This document shows, piece after piece, positions 1-8,129 of a DNA stretch of 32,000 nucleotides. The number at the start of each line of letters is the position of its first letter. Position 1 is the stretch's first letter. The notes beneath the pieces were generated by a model. The model was not told where the DNA came from. It made no database searches and saw nothing but the letters and a program-made list of their open reading frames with translations. This stretch comes from Patescibacteria group bacterium (lineage in GTDB: Bacteria; Patescibacteriota; Patescibacteriia; 2-01-FULL-39-33). Position numbers and translations under genes: made by a program. The stretch spans positions 30,001 to 62,000 of the forward strand of contig JBAZRV010000005.1 in the NCBI GenBank assembly GCA_041662745.1. The letters are read 5' to 3'.

Positions 1-1091
1 TCGGGATCTTTGCCGCTGGGAATGGTAATGACTTTGGAATTATAATTCAGGGCCGGATCAATGAACTGCGACAGCTTGCCGTGCCTGTCAAGGGAACTGA
101 CAATCCTGTCTTCCTTCTCAATATCCCGAACCAGCTCTTCGCCGCGATCGGTGGCTTTCTGGCCGGCCGAATCGGCGTCCAAAGCGAAATAAATATTATT
201 AGTGTAACGCTTGAGCAATTGCAACTGATCTTTGGTCAAAGCCGTACCCGAAGAAGCGACCGTGTTTTTGAAACCGTATTGATGGCAACTGACCGCATCC
301 ATTTGGCCCTCCACCACCACGGCGCAGTCCTGTTTTCTGATTTCATTCTTGGCTTGATACAAGGCAAAGACGATGGCGCTTTTGTTGTAAATATCGGTCT
401 GAGGCGTATTGACGTATTTGGCCGGCTCGTCTTTGGACAATGTCCGGCCGGTGAAACCGCAGACTCGGCCGTTGTGGTCAACGATGGGAAACATGATGCG
501 ATTCCGGAAACGGTCATAATACCCGCTTCCCCGATCCTTCCTGATGGTAAACCCGGCGGAAAATATTTCCTGTTCGGCGAACCCCCGCTTCCTCAAAAAC
601 TCAAACAGATTGCTCCAGTCGTCAATGGCATAACCGATTTTAAAATTCTCCATCGTTTCTTCACTGACGCTCCGGCCGGCCAGATAATCGCGCGCCGTTT
701 GCGCCCGCGGAGATTCTTGCAACACTTTCTGCCAATACCGGGCGGCCAAATCGCAAACATCGTACAGATTGTTTTTTCTGCTGGCGATTTCCGGCCGATG
801 GCGCGACAAAGTAACGCCGGCTTTCTGCGCTAAGATTTTCAAGGCTTCGGGAAAATCCATGTTTTCCAGCTTCATCAGGAATTCAAAAATATCTCCGCCC
901 GCACCGCAACCGAAGCAATGCCAACTGCCCCGGGCCGGCGAGACCATTAGCGACGGCGTCTTCTCATTATGGAAGGGGCAGAGCGCTTTGTACGCTCCCG
1001 CGCCGGCCGGCACCAATTTCAAGTATTCGCCGAGGAGCTCGGCGACGTCAATCTTGGCTTTGATTTGTTCTATTTCGGGACTGGAAGACAT
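1..1091 (-). CDS. dnaG: DNA primase DnaG, N-terminal part (runs off the left edge)
   Basis: Reverse-complement translation begins MSSSPEIEQIKAKIDVAELLGEYLKLVPAGAGAYKALCPFHNEKTPSLMVSPARGSWHCFGCGAGGDIFEFLM, the classic DnaG zinc-binding domain (CPFH...CFGCG). Confidence 0.95.
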   Translation of the reverse strand, partial: MSSSPEIEQIKAKIDVAELLGEYLKLVPAGAGAYKALCPFHNEKTPSLMVSPARGSWHCFGCGAGGDIFEFLMKLENMDFPEALKILAQKAGVTLSRHRPEIASRKNNLYDVCDLAARYWQKVLQESPRAQTARDYLAGRSVSEETMENFKIGYAIDDWSNLFEFLRKRGFAEQEIFSAGFTIRKDRGSGYYDRFRNRIMFPIVDHNGRVCGFTGRTLSKDEPAKYVNTPQTDIYNKSAIVFALYQAKNEIRKQDCAVVVEGQMDAVSCHQYGFKNTVASSGTALTKDQLQLLKRYTNNIYFALDADSAGQKATDRGEELVRDIEKEDRIVSSLDRHGKLSQFIDPALNYNSKVITIPSGKDP

Positions 1092-1137
1092 ATTATTACT
1101 TAGATATCATACAATAAATACGCCGGTTTAAGCAATA

Positions 1138-1165
1138 TTGACAAGAGGCGCTTAAAAATGATAAT
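1138..1165 (+). promoter_or_regulatory. Sigma-70-type promoter: TTGACA (1138-1143), 16 bp spacer, GATAAT (1160-1165)
   Basis: Near-consensus hexamers and correct spacing upstream of the 1241 ORF. Confidence 0.6.
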
Positions 1166-1240
1166 ATCCGACATTAGAGTTCTTTACAACTGAACAGAAA
1201 AACATAAACAAAACCGCCCACGGGCAAGAAGGAGAAAAAC

Positions 1241-1807
1241 ATGGATTTAATGTGTAACGACGCAATCAGGGCGACGCTTGGGTCTTTTGCGGATGTGAGA
1301 TATAAATATTTGGACTGGGGCTTGTTCCTTATCAGTGGTCCAAACAGTGCTGAAAGAGCTGAGATTCTGGCCAAGATAAAACGCCAGCTTCAATTTAATT
1401 TGGATCAAACCTTGATAATTACCGCCATGACGCAATTTTCAAACGGTCAACTGTTAGTCAATTTTGATTCTGTTACCGCTCCAGCCAACCCCTCCATCAA
1501 TCTTTCTGCCGATCCTCCGGCCGGTCCTTCCGTTGATCTTCCCGCCTGTCCTTCCACCAATCTTCCCGCCGAAAATAAAAAAAGGATTTTTCTTTACCAC
1601 GCCTATGATAGCAGTGGCAGAAAACCGGAACAAGGGACGATAATGGTTATCGCTACCGATGTAAACGCGGCTGATGAAACTTTAGCCGCCGCCGGGAAAA
1701 AATTAGCACTCTCTACGAATAGTATCTGCTGGGGTTGCGAGCTTAATGGCGTTGCCCTGCAAGAAACAAACGGCAATATCATCGCCTTGTTACCGCCATC
1801 GTATTAA
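1241..1807 (+). CDS. Hypothetical protein, 188 aa, with internal P-S-x-[ND]-L-[SP]-A repeats
   Basis: ORF with AAGGAG ribosome-binding site just upstream (gggcaagaaggagaaaaacATG) and an upstream promoter; no family recognised. Confidence 0.6.
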   Translation: MDLMCNDAIRATLGSFADVRYKYLDWGLFLISGPNSAERAEILAKIKRQLQFNLDQTLIITAMTQFSNGQLLVNFDSVTAPANPSINLSADPPAGPSVDLPACPSTNLPAENKKRIFLYHAYDSSGRKPEQGTIMVIATDVNAADETLAAAGKKLALSTNSICWGCELNGVALQETNGNIIALLPPSY

Positions 1808-1837
1808 GTTGAGGCAAAAAAACGAAGGGAGGAAGAA

Positions 1838-2293
1838 ATGAAAAACCATACAAGCGAAGCCAAGGATGAGCAGGGTACTCTCGGACAATTGTTGCGGGAA
1901 AAAGTCAAAGCCGGCAAACAAGCAAGGGAAGCTAAGGAACAAGAAGAACAACGCAAACGACTGGAACCGTTTATTAGCCGAGCTAACGATCTGATCAAGG
2001 AATTGCCCCGGATACTGGCAGAACGGGCGGATGAAGGAGCAACCAGTCACAACTTTCAATTCATTATCTTGCGTGATTTATTAAAAGATGAAATTAGCAG
2101 ACTCGGCGATGAACGCCACCAACCGCCCATAGATCAACGAATTATTGATTTATTCCGAAATGCTTATCTAACGCGATTTGTGCCTACTGCCGGAAAATTG
2201 CTTGGGGATTTCTGCAAGGATAATGATTTGGAGTACGATGATACATTACAAGAAACCCTCGGTCAAATCAGCGTTATCATCAGTTGGAAATAA
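1838..2293 (+). CDS. Hypothetical protein, 151 aa, charged/coiled-coil N-terminus
   Basis: ORF preceded by gaaggaggaagaaATG; same orientation and close spacing to the neighbouring ORFs. Confidence 0.6.
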   Translation: MKNHTSEAKDEQGTLGQLLREKVKAGKQAREAKEQEEQRKRLEPFISRANDLIKELPRILAERADEGATSHNFQFIILRDLLKDEISRLGDERHQPPIDQRIIDLFRNAYLTRFVPTAGKLLGDFCKDNDLEYDDTLQETLGQISVIISWK

Positions 2294-2323
2294 AAACCCG
2301 CCAAAGCGGCAGGAGAATAAACT

Positions 2324-2932
2324 ATGCCTGAAGAAACGCCGAAGAACAAGCTTTATGAATTCCGTTGCTTCAGCCAAGTAACGGCCACCCAGGTAATAGC
2401 AATTGTGGCCGTTAATCTACAAACAGCTGTGGCAACCATGCTGAAGCACGGCTACCAAGTCGGTGGCGCTGACTTCTGGCTGGAACGAATCTATGACAAG
2501 GTTTTTGATCAAATCATCGTTACCGCTGAATCGGCGGAGTTATCCCCCGAGGACGCGGGATTGTCATCGCGGATTGAAAAAAACATCATCGAGCGATTGG
2601 AAGAATACCAAATAGAAAATCTAAAAAAAGAATTGCAAGCGCAGACGCTTAAACAGTTCGCCGATTTCTTGGCTGGCGCGAAAAACAAAACACTGAAATG
2701 CCATCCAGGGCTTTTGATGTTTGTCAGCCATCTAAAAACAAAGTCTGCTAATTGTTTCCCCGTCACCCTGGAACAAGTGCTGGCCTTGCCCCAATACAAA
2801 GAACTTGATTCGTTTTGCCAAAATAACGGCTATCGGTTAGAGGTTGATTTAAGGAATGAGCCGCTGATTAACGAGGGATTGGATTTTCAAATTCTCTATG
2901 TTGGCGTAAAACGGAAAACACTGATAGACTAA
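2324..2932 (+). CDS. Hypothetical protein, 202 aa
   Basis: ORF with gcaggagaataaactATG; last gene before a hairpin terminator. Confidence 0.6.
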   Translation: MPEETPKNKLYEFRCFSQVTATQVIAIVAVNLQTAVATMLKHGYQVGGADFWLERIYDKVFDQIIVTAESAELSPEDAGLSSRIEKNIIERLEEYQIENLKKELQAQTLKQFADFLAGAKNKTLKCHPGLLMFVSHLKTKSANCFPVTLEQVLALPQYKELDSFCQNNGYRLEVDLRNEPLINEGLDFQILYVGVKRKTLID

Positions 2933-2962
2933 AAAAAATCTTTGTTAGCACCTTAAACAAAA

Positions 2963-2994
2963 CCGCCACCCGGAAAGGGAGGCGGTGTTTTTAT
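2963..2994 (+). terminator. Rho-independent terminator
   Basis: accgccacccggaaagggaggcggt followed by gtttttattattttt; inverted repeat ACCGCC/GGCGGT plus T-rich tract. Confidence 0.75.
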
Positions 2995-3013
2995 TATTTT
3001 GCGCGACAGGAAA

Positions 3014-3415
3014 TCATTTCTTCCACAAGCCGTGCAGATTGCAATAAGCGCGGGCGGTAATGTTTTCTCCGCTACGATTGAACTCCGCTTCGGGAGCATC
3101 GCCCGGCTTCAAATACCGGCGATCAACCCGACCACCTGCCTGCGCTGAAGCTCCGGTAGGCGGGTCAACAATAATCTCAATCCACTCAATATAGTGAACT
3201 TCTTCCATGGGGTGGAGCGTGGCGCCGATTTTGACTTTTACTCCTGTTTCGGTTTTTTCAATCACCGGCACATGTTTCTCCAAGGAAGCATCAACCGAGT
3301 TTTCCGTTTGCAAAATCATGTCTTGGCCGCAACAGACCAATACTCCTCCGCCGACATGAACGACTTCCACGATATTGCCGCAAACCGAACATTTATAAAT
3401 TTCGTTTAGTTTCAT
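3014..3415 (-). CDS. dfx: Desulfoferrodoxin / superoxide reductase, 133 aa
   Basis: [33 protein letters not shown] (desulforedoxin-type domain), ...EKHVPVIEK...[17 protein letters not shown]...YCNLHGLWK (neelaredoxin iron-site signatures). Confidence 0.93.
   Translation of the reverse strand: MKLNEIYKCSVCGNIVEVVHVGGGVLVCCGQDMILQTENSVDASLEKHVPVIEKTETGVKVKIGATLHPMEEVHYIEWIEIIVDPPTGASAQAGGRVDRRYLKPGDAPEAEFNRSGENITARAYCNLHGLWKK
3135..3164. repeat. GC-rich palindromic repeat-like element inserted in frame in the desulfoferrodoxin gene
   Basis: cctgcctgcgctgaagctccggtaggcggg; near-palindromic ends, encodes the non-family segment [10 protein letters not shown]. Confidence 0.55.
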
Positions 3416-3464
3416 AGTTGTTAGTAATTAGTTATTAGTTGATAGTTTTGAAGTCATTTATTAA

Positions 3465-4049
3465 CTAGTAACTTTCGCACTTTAATTGATAAAACGCTTG
3501 AGCGTGGTTGCAGGATGGACATTCCTTAGGCGCTTCTTTGCCGAAATGCACATAACCGCATTCGCGGCATACCCACCAAACATCTACGTCTTTCTTGAAT
3601 ATGGCGCCATCTTCCACCTGTTTTAACAATTTAATATACCTTTCTTCGTGATGCTCTTCGGCCCTGGCTATGGCTTTAAGCCGCGTGGCAATCTTATCAT
3701 AACCCTCTTCCTCGGCTTTGGCGGCAAACTCGGGATACATGGTAACATGCTCCCAATTCTCGCCGGCAATGGCCGCCTTAAGATTGTCCGCGGTCGCACC
3801 GTAAGCCGTCGGCGCCTCGGCTTCAACTTTAATCGCCGCCAAATCCTCTTTGGAATGCTTTTTCAGCTTTTGGATTTCCTCAAACAGCTTGGCGGCATGC
3901 TCGCGTTCATTGTCCGCCGTAATCAAGAATATTTCAGCGATCTGCTCAAAACCCTCCTTTTTGGCGACTTTGCTATACATGGTATAGCGGTTTCTGGCCT
4001 GCGATTCGCCGATGAACGCTTTGGCCAGATTCTTAATGGTTTCCGACAT
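3465..4049 (-). CDS. rbr: Rubrerythrin, 194 aa
   Basis: Ferritin-like diiron motifs (ESQARNRY, EREHAKL-like, EEHHEERY) and C-terminal rubredoxin-like WWVCRECGYVHFGKEAPKECPSCNHAQAFY. Confidence 0.93.
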   Translation of the reverse strand: MSETIKNLAKAFIGESQARNRYTMYSKVAKKEGFEQIAEIFLITADNEREHAAKLFEEIQKLKKHSKEDLAAIKVEAEAPTAYGATADNLKAAIAGENWEHVTMYPEFAAKAEEEGYDKIATRLKAIARAEEHHEERYIKLLKQVEDGAIFKKDVDVWWVCRECGYVHFGKEAPKECPSCNHAQAFYQLKCESY

Positions 4050-4096
4050 AAAATTTAGCTTATGGCTTATAGCATATAGCTTATAGCCGATTAAAA

Positions 4097-6139
4097 TTAT
4101 CTGCTTTGCCTTATACTCATAATATCTTCCACCTCTTCATCAGCCGGCGGATTGTCCGGCAGAGCGGCAGAAAGAGTGTCCAATCCCCCACTTAAATCCG
4201 GCGGCGGAATCAATGGCTGGCGCGGTTCCAGTGATGACAAACTCAAAGGCGGGACGCTATCGTCCTCGTGGCGCACCAATTGCTCCAGCATCCTAATCGC
4301 CGGTTCGCGCGCCGGCGCCGGCTTGCGTCGTTCGTCTTTGACTTTCTTAAAACAATCATTGCAATATACCGGCCGGCCCTTTTCCGGCTGAAAATTCAAC
4401 TTGAACATCTTGCCGCACATGGAGCATTTGGCGTCAAACTTGCCGAACTCGCGACGTTCTCCCTGATCTTTTCTGGCGGGCGGGTCAGCAGCATACCGCG
4501 GCTCATCAACGCGCCTGTCATCCCGGCGTTCCGCCCTGCTTTCTGTACCGGCGGATCCGGCATCATCGCGCAGATCGCGATCGTCGCGTCGGGGCGGCCG
4601 GTCATCGCGTCGGGGCGGGCGGCTGTCCGGCCGGTCATCGCGACTGAAAGAACGGCTTTCGCGTCGGGGCGGTCGATCATCGCGCTTGGGCCAAACCATC
4701 GGCCGAGGCGGGGTCGGCAGCAAAGTGCCGGTGCCCAAAGCCGACAAAGAAATGGTCGGGCCGGCTACCGGCTCTTTCATCGGCACCACTTCACCCATTC
4801 TTAATTCGCCCTTTTCAGCATGAGCGGCGATATCGCCCATGCGCGTACTTAAATCAGCGGAGCTCCAACGATTGATCTTGTCTTCCACCACGGCGCGCGG
4901 ATTGGCGTATCTCTCGCGGGAAACATAAGTTACTTTTTCGCTGTTGTTAGTGCGGTATTCTTCAAATAACGGTGGCAGAGTGGCGGCGGAAAAAGGATCG
5001 GAAGAAACGCCGTCAATCATCAGTTTAAGGTAAACGGCAAAGGCCGGCAAGTTGACCAGATCTTCTTCGGTAAAAAACGGCGCGAATTCCAAAACCAGTT
5101 TCTCGGCATCAGCGGCGCCGACACGGAAACAAATCAATGTGCCGACGTTGCCGAATACGGCTGCCGCTACCTCTTCCGGCAACTGTTCAATATATTGATG
5201 CGCCACAATCAGATTGAGACGGTATTTTCTGGCTTCGGACAGGATATTGGCAAAACTTTCCGTAGCGAAGTTCTGAAATTCATCCACATAAAGATAAAAA
5301 TCGGGGCGGTCTTTCTCTAATATGTCCACCCGGCTCATGGCCGCCAAGTACAGCTTGGTCACGATCATGGAACCCAAAAGCTTCATGGTATCTTCGCCGA
5401 TCTTGCCTTTGGCCAAATTCAAAATCAAAATCTTCTTGTTATCCATGATTTCCCGCAAATCAATGGTGGAAGTCACCTGGCCGACGATATTGCGGATCAG
5501 AAAATTAGACAAGAATTGGCCGACTTTATTCTGGATGGGCGAAATGACTTCTTGCAAGGTCTTTTCATTCCATTTGGAATATTCATTAACCCAAAAACTG
5601 CGCACCACCGGGTCCTTGATTTTGGCCACGACTTTTTCGCGATAGTCCTTTTCCACCAGAATGCGCATGATGCCCAAAAGCGTGGAGCCGGGATAATCCA
5701 ACAACGACAAGATCGTATTGCGTAAAATATATTCCAAACGCGGGCCCCAGGAATCGGCCCAAAGTTTTTTGAAAACGGAAATAAGGCCGGAAGCGACGAA
5801 ATTCTTGTTGATTTCATCCACCGCTTCCAAAACGTTAAAGGCGATGGGAAACTCGGCATCGGCCGGATTAAGGTAAATCACGTCATTAATGCGGTGAGGC
5901 GGAATAAAGTCCAGCAATTTTTCGGCCGTATCGCCGTGCGGATCAATATAGCAACAGCCTTCGCCGTTTAAAATATCAGAAATAATAAGATTTTCCAGCA
6001 GGGTGGTTTTTCCCATGCCGGTTTTACCGATGACATACATGTGGCGGCGACGATCATCGCGCTTAATGCCAAAAGACCTGCGCGCATTGCGGTAGTTGGT
6101 TTCGCCAAAGATTGTTACGTTATTGTTTGGTTCGGGCAT
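4097..6139 (-). CDS. TraG/VirD4-like or DUF87-type conjugation/secretion ATPase with arginine-rich linker and C-terminal zinc-ribbon-like motif, 680 aa
   Basis: Walker A GKTGMGKTTL, Walker B FYLYVDEFQNF, GTLICFRVGAADAE; C-terminal CSMCGKMFKLNFQPEKGRPVYCNDC. Confidence 0.85.
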   Translation of the reverse strand: MPEPNNNVTIFGETNYRNARRSFGIKRDDRRRHMYVIGKTGMGKTTLLENLIISDILNGEGCCYIDPHGDTAEKLLDFIPPHRINDVIYLNPADAEFPIAFNVLEAVDEINKNFVASGLISVFKKLWADSWGPRLEYILRNTILSLLDYPGSTLLGIMRILVEKDYREKVVAKIKDPVVRSFWVNEYSKWNEKTLQEVISPIQNKVGQFLSNFLIRNIVGQVTSTIDLREIMDNKKILILNLAKGKIGEDTMKLLGSMIVTKLYLAAMSRVDILEKDRPDFYLYVDEFQNFATESFANILSEARKYRLNLIVAHQYIEQLPEEVAAAVFGNVGTLICFRVGAADAEKLVLEFAPFFTEEDLVNLPAFAVYLKLMIDGVSSDPFSAATLPPLFEEYRTNNSEKVTYVSRERYANPRAVVEDKINRWSSADLSTRMGDIAAHAEKGELRMGEVVPMKEPVAGPTISLSALGTGTLLPTPPRPMVWPKRDDRPPRRESRSFSRDDRPDSRPPRRDDRPPRRDDRDLRDDAGSAGTESRAERRDDRRVDEPRYAADPPARKDQGERREFGKFDAKCSMCGKMFKLNFQPEKGRPVYCNDCFKKVKDERRKPAPAREPAIRMLEQLVRHEDDSVPPLSLSSLEPRQPLIPPPDLSGGLDTLSAALPDNPPADEEVEDIMSIRQSR

Positions 6140-6144
6140 ATGGA

Positions 6145-7920
6145 TTAAGCGAAAGGCAAATTGGGCGGCGGAGCGCCTTTTCTTGAGGGCACAGTTCCTG
6201 GGCCCGAATTATCGGGTGGCGCATAAGCCGGCTGGGACGGCGGGTATTGCGATGGCGGCCGATAAGCGGGTTCTGCCGGCAATGAAGAAGGCATTGCCAT
6301 ATCAGGCAAAGGCGGAGCCAGCGGAGGCACGCCTGTCGCCGGTTCATAAGACGGTTCTTCAATAGGTGATTGATAAGCGGGCATTACAGGCGGAGGAGCG
6401 AACATTTGATCGGGAGAAACCGGAGCGGCGGGAGCAATGGGACGGCTATAAACCGAACGATCTTCTCTTTTAGCCGGACCGACACGCTGTTCATAGGGCA
6501 GGCGCGTGGGCGGAGCCGCTTTTTTGCTTTGAATCATGCCGACTTCCGTCGCCTTAACCGTCATTACCGGGAAGTGCCAAATAGTGGCCAACTCTTCGGG
6601 ATTAAGATAGGTGATCTTTTCGTTCACATTGCTCTCGCCGTACCAGGCATGGCGTTTGGAAAACCAACGCAGGATGCGATTCTGCTTCTCAGCGATGCGA
6701 TGATTGACAAAAAAATAATCAGCGGCGGTTTTGGTGTAAGAACCGGGCTTGAAACCGTTGGCATTTGTGGTATTGAATTGGTTAATGGCGCCAGTGATGC
6801 CGGTAACGCCGCGGCCCTTGGCAAAAACTTCCTTCTTGGCCAGATAAATCATGCGATACTTGACCTTGAATTGATGCTTGGAAAGTTTCTTTTCCACCAT
6901 TTCCAGAACCGTACGCTCGCCGGGCGACATCTTGAACATTTTCCATTGGTCTTCTTCCTTCTTCTTATCGGCGACCGCGCCAAGTTCCAAACCGATGGCG
7001 TGCCCGACTAAGCCCATGCCCCAATCAAGAGCGCCACCCAAGGGCTTGTTGATGATGTCGGCGGGATTAAAGCTTTCCGGCGCTTTATAAACCTCTTTCT
7101 TAAGTTCGGTCAAAACCTTTTTCACCGTTTCCGATTTCCAATAAGGAGCACCCTGCGGTTGGACAATGACCTGAATCCAAGTCTGTTCGCCCGGGCCAAG
7201 CCGGCTCATATTCTCTAACAGATTGGACATCGGATCCAAAAAGGCCTGGCTCAAACGATGTTCAAATTCTTCATAAGTTTTAATGGGGAAAGGATACTTT
7301 CTGGTCAAAACAAATTCCGCGCCCCACATGTTATACAGCTTATTGGGAAAATGCAATTTTGAAAACGGGATGGGCTGACCGGTTTTGGGATCAACATCTT
7401 CCGAATCGTAATTGGTGTAATCGTCAACCTCGGTGATTTCCGCGTCCGGATACTGGGAATAAAGCGCGGCTTGGATAAAATCAAGAAAATGCGCCGGGGT
7501 GCGGATAAAAAATCTAGTGTGGCCCTCAATGGACACCAATTCAAACGAAAAGCTCTCGGTCACCTTACCGTTCCAATACTTGTCAACTAAATTGGAGGAA
7601 GTAAAAACACCGGCTAAAGCGGCAAAAATATTCTCCACGGCTTTGGGCGTTTGTTCGTTGTTCTTGGGGATGTCTATCGCCAGAAAACGCCATTTCCATT
7701 TGCTCTGGAACCGGCCGGACTGATTCTCCAAAAAAATATCCTTGTAAGAACGCCACATGAACATCAAAACAAAAAGCACCCAGCCACCGTGCCAGAAGAA
7801 ATACCAGCCGATTTGCGCCGGATCCATTTGGCTGAATTGCAAAAACCAAGCTAAAAACCCCTCCCACAGATTGTTGTTGGCCAAGGAATACAAAATATTG
7901 TCGTAAATGTTCGGTTGCAT
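6145..7920 (-). CDS. Large protein, N-terminal membrane segment and proline-rich C-terminus, partner of the downstream secretion-type ATPase, 591 aa
   Basis: Long ORF with stop 5 bp upstream of the ATPase start; hydrophobic N-terminus (FFWHGGWVLFVLMFMW), proline-rich tail. Confidence 0.75.
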   Translation of the reverse strand: MQPNIYDNILYSLANNNLWEGFLAWFLQFSQMDPAQIGWYFFWHGGWVLFVLMFMWRSYKDIFLENQSGRFQSKWKWRFLAIDIPKNNEQTPKAVENIFAALAGVFTSSNLVDKYWNGKVTESFSFELVSIEGHTRFFIRTPAHFLDFIQAALYSQYPDAEITEVDDYTNYDSEDVDPKTGQPIPFSKLHFPNKLYNMWGAEFVLTRKYPFPIKTYEEFEHRLSQAFLDPMSNLLENMSRLGPGEQTWIQVIVQPQGAPYWKSETVKKVLTELKKEVYKAPESFNPADIINKPLGGALDWGMGLVGHAIGLELGAVADKKKEEDQWKMFKMSPGERTVLEMVEKKLSKHQFKVKYRMIYLAKKEVFAKGRGVTGITGAINQFNTTNANGFKPGSYTKTAADYFFVNHRIAEKQNRILRWFSKRHAWYGESNVNEKITYLNPEELATIWHFPVMTVKATEVGMIQSKKAAPPTRLPYEQRVGPAKREDRSVYSRPIAPAAPVSPDQMFAPPPVMPAYQSPIEEPSYEPATGVPPLAPPLPDMAMPSSLPAEPAYRPPSQYPPSQPAYAPPDNSGPGTVPSRKGAPPPNLPFA

Positions 7921-7997
7921 GTTGTTGTCTGTCCGATTATGGCAATCGGATATGAATTAATTATAACATAATTCAGTCGGCGGCGCCAAATCAAAAA

Positions 7998-8030
7998 AAA
8001 TAAATACCCGCCCTAAGCAGGTATTTATTT
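7998..8030 (-). terminator. Rho-independent terminator for the 8130-9326 gene
   Basis: On minus strand AAATAAATACCTGCTTAGGGCGGGTATTTATTTTTTTT; long stem and T-tract. Confidence 0.75.
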
Positions 8031-8044
8031 AATGGATAATTTCC

Positions 8045-8105
8045 TTATCCCGTCATTCTCGAAAATTCGCAACGAGCAAATGCGAGCTGGAATTTATCGG
8101 GAATC
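8045..8105. repeat. Copy 1 of a 61-bp intergenic hairpin element
   Basis: TTATCCCGTCATTCTCGAAAATTCGCAACGAGCAAATGCGAGCTGGAATTTATCGGGAATC; 45/61 identical without gaps to 18949-19009. Confidence 0.65.
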
Positions 8106-8129
8106 ACACGCCTGAATTGTAATTAATGT

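Noticed and set aside
81-833. 250-aa plus-strand ORF
   Set aside because: Antisense to the clearly identified dnaG coding sequence; shadow ORF from GC-rich codon usage.
4480-4680. Repeated cgtcggggcggccggtcatcgcg units as a possible CRISPR-like array
   Set aside because: Units are short, adjacent, imperfect and in frame as RRDDRPP codons, with no spacers.
4268-4804. 178-aa plus-strand ORF and the 94-aa minus ORF 4396-4680
   Set aside because: Alternative frames of the Arg/Pro-rich repeat tract of the ATPase gene; low-complexity DNA opens several frames.
6370-7011. 213-aa plus-strand ORF
   Set aside because: Antisense to the 591-aa membrane partner gene, no promoter or RBS support.
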